Shown here: positions 25,808-32,527 of the stretch, piece after piece | How the letters are laid out: each line of letters starts with the position of its first letter | Numbering within the stretch: the first letter of the stretch is position 1 | Assembly (NCBI GenBank): GCA_951812345.1 | Contig: OX638295.1 | Location: 814,759 to 878,758, forward strand | DNA: 64,000 nt | Source of the DNA: Rhodothermales bacterium | Lineage (GTDB): Bacteria; Bacteroidota; Rhodothermia; Rhodothermales; VXPQ01 | Direction: 5' to 3' | The notes under the pieces: model-generated | Database searches by the model: none | What the model was told of the DNA's origin: nothing | What the model saw: only the letters and a program-made list of their open reading frames with translations | Position numbers and translations under genes: made by a program

Positions 25808-26635
25808 ATGATAGCGCGCACGCATCGCTTGCCGGTCGTTCGCCAGTGCAGACTGGTCGAACTGAGCCGTTCTACGGCCTACTACCGTCCCCGAGAGGAG
25901 AGCGAAGAGAACCTTGCCGTCATGAAGGAGATCGACCGGCTCTACATGGAGCGTCCCACGAGCGGATCGCGCACGATAAAGAGCAAGCTCCAGGCAAAAG
26001 GCGTTTGCATCGCCAGAAGCCGAATCGTTCGTTTGATGCGCCTTATGGGCTTTGGGGCCATCTACCCGAAGCGCCGCACGTCGTCTCCGGGGCAGGGACA
26101 CAAGATTTACCCTTATCTGCTCAGAAGTCTCAAGGTGACAAGGCCTCGTCAGGTCTATGCGGCGGACATTACGTACATCCCTATGGCGAAAGGCTTTCTC
26201 TATCTCGTGGCCGTGATCGACTGGTACAGCCGCAAGGTGCTTGCCCACCGGCTCTCGAACACGATGGACGCAGCCTTTTGCGTCGAAGCGACGGAAGAGG
26301 CCATTGTTCGCTACGGAGCGCCCGAGGTGTTCAACACGGACCAGGGAGCGCAGTTTACCTCCGAGGCGTTTACCGGAGCGCTCAAGGCGCACGGGGTACG
26401 TATCTCCATGGACGGCAAGGGCCGCTGGCTGGACAACGTGTACGTGGAGCGCCTATGGCGCAGCCTCAAACAGGAAGAAGTCTACCGGCGCGCCTACGAC
26501 ACGGTGGCCGAGGCCAGGAAGGGAATCGCCGATTACCTGCGCTACTTCAACGAAGAGCGTCCGCACCAGGGACTTGACAATAGAACGCCCGACGATGTAT
26601 TCTACAAACGAAAACCGCTGAACCGGGCGGCATAG
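25808..26635 (+). CDS. IS3 OrfB (DDE integrase-core transposase; probably made as an OrfAB fusion)
   Basis: 'VYAADITYIPMAKGFLYLVAVIDWYSRKV', 'VFNTDQGAQFTS', 'DNVYVERLWRSLKQEEVY'. Confidence 0.85.
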   Translation: MIARTHRLPVVRQCRLVELSRSTAYYRPREESEENLAVMKEIDRLYMERPTSGSRTIKSKLQAKGVCIARSRIVRLMRLMGFGAIYPKRRTSSPGQGHKIYPYLLRSLKVTRPRQVYAADITYIPMAKGFLYLVAVIDWYSRKVLAHRLSNTMDAAFCVEATEEAIVRYGAPEVFNTDQGAQFTSEAFTGALKAHGVRISMDGKGRWLDNVYVERLWRSLKQEEVYRRAYDTVAEARKGIADYLRYFNEERPHQGLDNRTPDDVFYKRKPLNRAA

Positions 26636-26652
26636 CCCGGTGCGGCAGTACA

Positions 26653-27122
26653 CTTAAAATCGCCGGAAAAACTGTCCAGTTTTTCCGGACCATTTCTGAT
26701 TGCAGGCTTTTGGCAGTCAAATCATTTACCCACATGGTGATCATCCGGTCAATCGGATTCTCGGCAACGAGAACGTCTGCCATGATTTTGTAATCAGGTT
26801 GCTCACCCTGCTTGATCTTGCGCTCCACGAATTTTTCAAGAAAGATATCGTGTATTGCAGGGTCATTCTTAATAGCGGTGGGGAGCGCGTCCTTTACAAG
26901 ATGTTTTATCATTGAATCCAGGCCAGCGCTGGCGAATACGAGCATTGCCCGCAGGAGGTCTTGCTCCGGCCTACTAGGCTGACCCGGGCTTCTACCCTTG
27001 GAAAATATTTTCAGGAACGATTCCGCCGTTTCATGCGCATATTTCAGCACGAGCCAGGCATTTTTACAATCGTCAGATTTTGGGGCAGGAGGAACTGCAT
27101 CCAGTGTTGGTTTTGCCGCCAT
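26653..27122 (-). pseudogene. N-terminal fragment of the HEPN-like gene split by IS3
   Basis: 'EQDLLRAMLVFASAGLDSMIKHLVKDALP' is a helical pattern seen in several HEPN families. The ORF reads through into the IS right end. Low GC. Confidence 0.55.
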
Positions 27123-27125
27123 GCA

Positions 27126-27440
27126 TCAAACCTCGATCTCGATATCGTATGCAGCGGCGGGAGGGGCCGAGGCTTCTGCACGGTCCGGAGCGCCCGGGTA
27201 GCCTGGATAGCCGGGATTTTCCAAGCGTCCGGGGTATCCCCGATATTCGTGATTTGAGAATCGATACAGCCGATCTCCGAGGTAGATCGTGCCCAGATAT
27301 TCGCCGCTGGGATCTACGGCCTCTTCATCGTTCCAGGGAAACCACCCGAGCCATTCTCCCATGCGGGCGAACAGGTGTTTTCCCTTGCGGAAGGCGATCC
27401 ATTCGCCTGCCGAATCGAACAGATACTGAACTTCCTCCAT
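27126..27440 (-). CDS. Small beta-hairpin-repeat protein ('4-fold beta flower'-like) with a GYPG-rich tail
   Basis: 'YLFDSAGEWIAFRKGKHLFARMGEWLGWFPWNDEEAVDPSGEYLGTIYLGDRLYRF' shows repeated G-(E)W/Y-aromatic hairpins. The stop lies 3 nt before the HEPN-like start. The start was moved to the ATG at 27440. Confidence 0.55.
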   Translation of the reverse strand: MEEVQYLFDSAGEWIAFRKGKHLFARMGEWLGWFPWNDEEAVDPSGEYLGTIYLGDRLYRFSNHEYRGYPGRLENPGYPGYPGAPDRAEASAPPAAAYDIEIEV

Positions 27441-27849
27441 GGTAGTCGACTCCGTATGCCCGGGATGCTGGACCGTTGCAAAGTCGGGGCTGCCTGTTGC
27501 GAGAACGGATGTCTCTATGCCAGAGTTGTTGGCGGCCCGATGTTTTTGAAGCCGGGTCGGCACAAGATGTTTCCGATACGGGGATTGGCTACAGCAAAGA
27601 AGGGAAACGCCCCGTGCCTTGTGCAAGCTGTGCGCTGCGTTCATGAAGAACATGGCTGACAAGTCCGTTATTGTGATTTTTTATTCCATGAGCGGAGGTG
27701 CATCCGCGGGTTGATCGCGGATTTCAACGGGATCCGTATTTCAGACACCCTGTTCGGCCGGATATAACCTTGCTGAGAAAACGAATATGCGTCGCATCTC
27801 GGCGCGTACTTCGGCGTCGCGTTGTACACTTGCATGTTTTTCTTGAAAT

Positions 27850-27896
27850 GTCTTATATTATATTCATATAGACGTATAATGTCTATTATATAAGAC
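27850..27896. promoter_or_regulatory. hipBA promoter/operator: nested inverted repeats around a perfect TATAAT
   Basis: The outer repeat is 'gtcttatat'...'atataagac'. The inner repeat is 'atagac' gtataat 'gtctat' (27868-27886). TATAAT is at 27875-27880, 21 nt before the ATG. Confidence 0.5.
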
Positions 27897-27901
27897 AATA
27901 T

Positions 27902-28234
27902 ATGAAATCCAATGCGAATCATACCTTGCCGCGCGCAGCTCGGATAAGCCTCGTCAAATTGGGCGAGGACATCGCCGTGGCCCGCAGGAAACGCCGTATC
28001 TCGACCGTCTCCATGGCGGAGCGCGCCTTTATCAGCCGGGGGACGCTCTACAAGGTGGAACGAGGCGATCCGACGGTCTCCATGGGCATTTACGCCACAG
28101 TGCTCGCCATTCTCGGGCTTGTCGAGAAACTCGGCGATGTGGCCGACCGCCGGGACGACATCCTGGGGCTGGATATCGAAGAAGATCGCCTGCCAGGGAG
28201 GATCGTGTCTTCCGGTCGCAAGGAACGCTCATGA
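27902..28234 (+). CDS. hipB: XRE-family HTH antitoxin (HipB-like)
   Basis: 'RRKRRISTVSMAERAFISRGTLYKVERGD' is an HTH. There is a 4-nt overlap with hipA. Confidence 0.8.
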   Translation: MKSNANHTLPRAARISLVKLGEDIAVARRKRRISTVSMAERAFISRGTLYKVERGDPTVSMGIYATVLAILGLVEKLGDVADRRDDILGLDIEEDRLPGRIVSSGRKERS

Positions 28235-29448
28235 ACGACACGATCGAGGTGCATATCGACTGCGGCGAGCGTACGTGCCTGGTAGGGAGGTGCCGCTATT
28301 TCGCCAGGCGCGGAAGACAAAGTTCGGTATTCGAATATGCAAACGAGTGGCTGGACCGCCCGGACGCTTTCGCCATCGATCCGGCGAATCTTCCACTGCA
28401 TACCGGCCCGTTCTACGCTTCGTCGGAAAAATCGGCGTTGCCGGGCGCTCTGCGCGATACGGCCCCCGACCGCTGGGGCCGGTTGCTTGTTCAGCGAGCC
28501 CTTCGCAAGCACGGGCAGGCGCGCACCCTGTCCGAAATCGATTACCTGCTTGCCCTCAATGACCGAACGCGCATGGGCGCCCTGCGCTACCGACGCGAGG
28601 GAGAAGACGTTTTTTGTCATGACGCGGCTGTCTGGCGCGTACCGCCCATTATCCGGTTGCCCGCGTTGCTGAACGCCGCCGACGCCATTCATAGCGACGC
28701 CGAGGCAGCGGAAGACCTGAGATTATTGTTGTATGAGGGATCGCCTCTCGGCGGCGCGCGCCCCAAATCGGTGGTAGAGGACAAAGACGGCTCGCTTTCC
28801 ATCGCAAAGTTTCCCAAGCCCGACGACATGCGCAGTATTCCGCATGGGGAAGTGCTGGCCATGACGCTGGCCCGCGAGGCCGGACTGAAGGTTTCTTACG
28901 CTCGCCTGGAGGATGTCGCTGGCCAGCCGGTTGCGCTCATAAAACGGTTCGATCGTCGCGGCCGCCGACGCATTCCGTTTTTGTCGGCGATGAGCCTGTT
29001 GGGGCTTCATGACGGCGACGTAGCTGCATACACCGACATTGCCGAGTGTATTCGCACCTGGTCCAGCGCTCCAACCGAAGATCTGCATGAACTGTGGCGG
29101 CGGATCGTATTCAACATATTGGCTGCTAATCTCGACGATCATTTGCGCAATCACGGGTTCCTGTACGACCGGGACGGCACATGGCGCCTGGCGCCGGCCT
29201 ATGACCTCAATCCGGTCCCGATCGAGGAAAAAGCACGGGAACTGACTACCTGGATTTCCGAGGAGGGCCCGGAAGCCGATTTGGATCAGGCGCGCAGGGC
29301 CGCGCCGTATTTTGCATTGAAGAGCGACCGGGCGGATACGATTATTTCCGGGATGTCGGAAGTTCTGAAAGATTGGCGAAACGTTGCGCGGAAGCTGGGT
29401 ATGAGCGCGCCGGATATCGCTGCATACGCCTCGGCGTTTGGGGAATAG
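28231..29448 (+). CDS. hipA: HipA-family serine/threonine kinase toxin
   Basis: 'GGARPK', 'IAKFP', 'ANLDDHLRNHGFLY' and 'LAPAYDLNP' are HipA_C hallmarks. Confidence 0.9.
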   Translation: MNDTIEVHIDCGERTCLVGRCRYFARRGRQSSVFEYANEWLDRPDAFAIDPANLPLHTGPFYASSEKSALPGALRDTAPDRWGRLLVQRALRKHGQARTLSEIDYLLALNDRTRMGALRYRREGEDVFCHDAAVWRVPPIIRLPALLNAADAIHSDAEAAEDLRLLLYEGSPLGGARPKSVVEDKDGSLSIAKFPKPDDMRSIPHGEVLAMTLAREAGLKVSYARLEDVAGQPVALIKRFDRRGRRRIPFLSAMSLLGLHDGDVAAYTDIAECIRTWSSAPTEDLHELWRRIVFNILAANLDDHLRNHGFLYDRDGTWRLAPAYDLNPVPIEEKARELTTWISEEGPEADLDQARRAAPYFALKSDRADTIISGMSEVLKDWRNVARKLGMSAPDIAAYASAFGE

Positions 29449-29502
29449 AGGGGCGTCGAACAGTCGAAGCGAAAAAAAAGCCTCGTTATTGTTCCGAGCG
29501 CA

Positions 29503-29763
29503 CTACCCGAGAGACGAGCTATCTGCGCCGAAAAGCCGTCCTTCGATCCGGCCTAACCGGGAATTGATTGCGCTGATGTCCTTGTTGAGGTCCTTGCGCA
29601 GGTCCTGAATATCCTTATTGAGGTCCTTGCGCAGGTCCTGCATATCCTGGTTCAGGTCCTTACGGATATGCAAGGTGCTGTACAGCAAAAAGCCGAGAAT
29701 AACGGGCAACGACAGGGAAGCCATTGCTACGATAGCGGACGTGATGGTTTCGGACAGGTTCAT
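29503..29763 (-). CDS. Small membrane protein with an N-terminal TM helix and 11-residue repeats (paralog of 43882-44196)
   Basis: 'MNLSETITSAIVAMASLSLPVILGFLLY' TM helix, then 'DLRKDLNKDIQ DLRKDLNKDIS' encoded by 33-bp DNA repeats. The conserved end is 'INSRLGRIEGRLFGAD'. Confidence 0.6.
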   Translation of the reverse strand: MNLSETITSAIVAMASLSLPVILGFLLYSTLHIRKDLNQDMQDLRKDLNKDIQDLRKDLNKDISAINSRLGRIEGRLFGADSSSLG

Positions 29764-29961
29764 GATTACTTTTTGCGATGCGGTTGGAAAGGTGCAATGC
29801 AGGCTCCGACCGCTATACGAAATATACGGGATAGGGGCAGGTCTGTTCGGGAGGGGGCGCAGTTTTTGCATTTTTTGGCATGCAATCGGGCCTGACTTAT
29901 CCGAGTTTGCCACCCATGCCTTTGGCCGGTCGATCACGTATTTCCGGGGCGCCCGGCATGT

Positions 29962-30360
29962 TTAGACACTCCGTTCCCCCGGATATAACCTTTCTTTCCA
30001 GGGATTGACCGTTTCGACGTCGAGGCCGTTGAAATTTCCCGTGTTCCGTGTTGCAATGGCGAGGTCGTGCGCTCTCGCCGTTCCTGCAATCAACGCATCG
30101 CCGAGGTGCAGGACACGCCCGCATCGCCGTGCATCCGCCCGGAATTTCGCGGCCCACTGCCCTTCTTCGTATGCGACAGGGAGGATGCGATTCGCGTACG
30201 TTTCTATGAAATCCGCCAGCATGGCCCGCAGATTTTTGCGTCGGCGCCCCTTGGGCAATAACCGCAAGCCAAACTCCAGTTCGTGCAGGACGATGGTCGA
30301 AACCCACAACTCCGAGTGTCCCGCCAGAAATTCGATAACCTGCGATTCCGGAGTATCCTT
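29962..30360 (-). pseudogene. PIN-domain (VapC-like) toxin relic lacking its N-terminal acidic motif, start codon and antitoxin
   Basis: 'WVSTIVLHELEFGL', 'HLGDALIAGTARAHDLAIATRNTGNF' and 'VNPW' match the VapC C-terminal two thirds. No D-T-N-like start segment is present. Confidence 0.6.
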
Positions 30361-30417
30361 ATCTTCCGTTTGCTGTTTCGCCTCGCCGTTCTGCCCGCAC
30401 CTTCCAGGAATTCCGAT

Positions 30418-30963
30418 TTGTCCGGGAACCGTCCCATAGACCCCGCACTCGTCAGGCAAGCGCGGGACGGCGACGAAGCGGCGTTCGAGGCGATCGTCCG
30501 ACTGCTCGATCCCATGCTGCGCGCATGGTTCGTATCGCGGATCGGGCAACGGGCGGAGGTGGACGATCTGGTGCAGAATACGCTCCTCCGTCTCTACCGG
30601 AGTCTGCCGGATCTGCATGACCCGGACCGGTTACAGGCTTTTGTCATGAAAGCGGCGGTGTTCGAAACCCAGGATTACTACCGGGGACGGTACGGCTCCA
30701 GAGAGCGTCTCGCCGGCCCCGATGTATTATCGGCATGGAGTGAAGCCGCCCCGGAGGCGGGCATGCGCATCGACGCCGAGCGGGCGCTGGGTCTCCTGAG
30801 CGAGAAGGCCCGCACAATTCTGGAAATGCGCGAATACGGCTATCGGTATGCGGAAATCGCGCGGTCGCTCGACATGACGGAAGCCGCCGTGAAGATGCAG
30901 GTGAAGCGAGCGCTCCGCAAACTGCGCAAAGCGCTTGGAGAATCCGGCGGCGGGAACGCATAA
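30418..30963 (+). CDS. ECF (sigma-70 family, group 4) sigma factor
   Basis: 'ARDGDEAAFEAIV', 'DDLVQNTLLRLYRS', 'YGYRYAEIARSLDMTEAAVKMQVKRA'. There is no in-frame ATG. The TTG at 30418 is proposed as the start, while the track ORF begins at the GTG at 30283. Confidence 0.75.
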   Translation: MSGNRPIDPALVRQARDGDEAAFEAIVRLLDPMLRAWFVSRIGQRAEVDDLVQNTLLRLYRSLPDLHDPDRLQAFVMKAAVFETQDYYRGRYGSRERLAGPDVLSAWSEAAPEAGMRIDAERALGLLSEKARTILEMREYGYRYAEIARSLDMTEAAVKMQVKRALRKLRKALGESGGGNA

Positions 30964-30976
30964 TCCGCCGTATGCC

Positions 30977-31051
30977 TTAATCGGAGTATCCATAGCCTTT
31001 ACGCGTGAAAGTGAAGCGCTGAGCAAAGTGGTTTTGATCAGAGCATCCTTA
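30977..31051. repeat. Short (~75 bp) variant of the dispersed repeat family
   Basis: 'ttaatcggagtatcca' + 'cgtgaaagtgaagcgctgagcaaagtgg' + 'ttgatcagagcatcctta'. The last 55 bp align with the end of copy 3. Confidence 0.6.
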
Positions 31052-31059
31052 AATTTCTT

Positions 31060-32409
31060 TTGGACGAGGCGTTACTTTTTCGGTCTCCACAGCGGCTTAA
31101 CAAATGTCAACGCACCGCTCTATGCCCGGATGTTTTCGTGTCTGCGCCGTTTGAACATATTGATGCGATCGCCTTGTATCGCGACCTGACCCCGGAGCGG
31201 GCCATGGAACTGCAAGATATTCTGGCCTCCGATCCTGCTGCCGCTGCGCTCCTCCGGGAGTGGTGCGCCGTACGCGCTTTGCTGGTTCGCGAGATGGGCG
31301 AAGCCTCGGCGGATCCGGAACAGTTTGTTCTGTTCGTGCTGCACGAGTACGGGCGAGCGGCTGCGCTGACCGATTCCGAACGGATGCGCGTCGAAGAGAT
31401 TACCCCTGCGTTTCGGCAGATTCTTGCAGGCAGCCCCGGACTCGAGGCCATAGCGAGCGATATTCGCCGCGACATGCAGGATTTCGAGGCGCACTGGGCG
31501 GCGTGGTTTGCGGAGGCGTCCGTTCGGGAAGCGCCCGCTTCGCCTCGCGCATCGTCTTCCCGGTCTATTCGATCTTCCCGATCTGCCCGCAGGGATCGCA
31601 TCCCCGCGCGGATATCCCGAAGAGTTCCGGCGCAAGCGCCTTCTTCCAGACGCCGCGTTTTGCAGGCAGGGATCGGCGTGGCTGCCGCGGCCGTTCTCGC
31701 AACGCTTGTGTTTTTCCTGTTGCCGGCGTCCCCGGACACGGTGACCGTTGAGACCACTGCCGCCGAAGTACGTACGATCGAGTTGCCCGACGGCTCCAGC
31801 GTACGTCTGCTGGGCGATTCGCGCCTGACCTATTCTCCCGGTGCGATGGATTCAGACGAGACTCTCCGCGTAGAATTCGAGGGGCGCGCCTTGTTCGACA
31901 TTATCCCGAGTCCCGAGCGCTTTCTGCTCGTTACTCCGGATGCGCAGGTGACGGTCCTGAGTACCTCCTTCGGTGCGCGCACTTTCGAGGATGGAACGGA
32001 AGTCGTTCTGGTCGAGGGCAGCCTGCGCATGAGCACCCGGCAGGCCCCGGACAGGGGAGTCCTGCTCGCTCCCGGTCAGATGAGCCGCATGATGGCGGGC
32101 GTCCCTTCGGAACCCGTATCGGTGCGGGTCCACGAACGCCTCGCATGGACGGGGTTGTTCGTATTCCACGCCACGCCGGTGCGCGACATCCTTCCCATGC
32201 TTTCCGGGCACTACGGAGTCGATATTTCGGCGGATGAGACGTTGCTCGACGAGCGCGTGACCGGCCGGTTTACACAAGATGAATCGCTCGCCGGAACGCT
32301 GGACATCGTAGCGCTGGCGATAGGCGCCGCCGTTGAACAGGGCGGAGTTGAATCCAGAGCCGAATCCGAAGCCGACGGCAAGGGATACCACCTCACATCT
32401 TTGCGCTGA
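31060..32409 (+). CDS. FecR-family anti-sigma factor / transmembrane sensor
   Basis: TM segment 'AGIGVAAAAVLATLVFFLL'. FecR-like 'VELPDGSSVRLLGDSRLTY...RVEFEGRALFDI...VTPDAQVTVLSTSFG'. The start is uncertain. Confidence 0.75.
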   Translation: MDEALLFRSPQRLNKCQRTALCPDVFVSAPFEHIDAIALYRDLTPERAMELQDILASDPAAAALLREWCAVRALLVREMGEASADPEQFVLFVLHEYGRAAALTDSERMRVEEITPAFRQILAGSPGLEAIASDIRRDMQDFEAHWAAWFAEASVREAPASPRASSSRSIRSSRSARRDRIPARISRRVPAQAPSSRRRVLQAGIGVAAAAVLATLVFFLLPASPDTVTVETTAAEVRTIELPDGSSVRLLGDSRLTYSPGAMDSDETLRVEFEGRALFDIIPSPERFLLVTPDAQVTVLSTSFGARTFEDGTEVVLVEGSLRMSTRQAPDRGVLLAPGQMSRMMAGVPSEPVSVRVHERLAWTGLFVFHATPVRDILPMLSGHYGVDISADETLLDERVTGRFTQDESLAGTLDIVALAIGAAVEQGGVESRAESEADGKGYHLTSLR

Positions 32410-32527
32410 CGCGAACCGCAGCGGACTTTTCCGGTACTCTCTTTTTGCGCCTTTCCCGGACGCACAGGGTCTTTCTCTTTGTCCGGCTTCGGAGGGCGTG
32501 TCCGAGGGCAAATCGGTATCTTGGGGC

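Larger units (their letters stand above)
25457..26652 (+). mobile_element. IS3-family insertion sequence (~1.2 kb)
   Basis: Ends 'tgtactgttgcgacc' and 'ggtgcggcagtaca' are imperfect inverted repeats of the TG...CA type. Carries orfA/orfB with a -1 frameshift arrangement. The exact ends and target duplication are ambiguous ('ttaag' at left, 'ttaaa' at right). Confidence 0.85.

Noticed and set aside
27441-27662. A 74-codon N-terminal extension of the beta-hairpin-repeat protein ORF (track start at 27662).
   Set aside because: The extension has no recognisable features and is Cys/His/Ser-rich and non-repetitive. The repeat domain starts right at the internal ATG at 27440. A long 5' UTR seems more likely, but this is unproven.
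29560-29660. Regular 33-bp DNA repeats here and at 43960-44100 that could be mistaken for a mini CRISPR-like or satellite array.
   Set aside because: They are in-frame coding repeats (11-residue units) inside ORFs that have a TM helix and a conserved C-terminus. There are no unique spacers and no cas genes.
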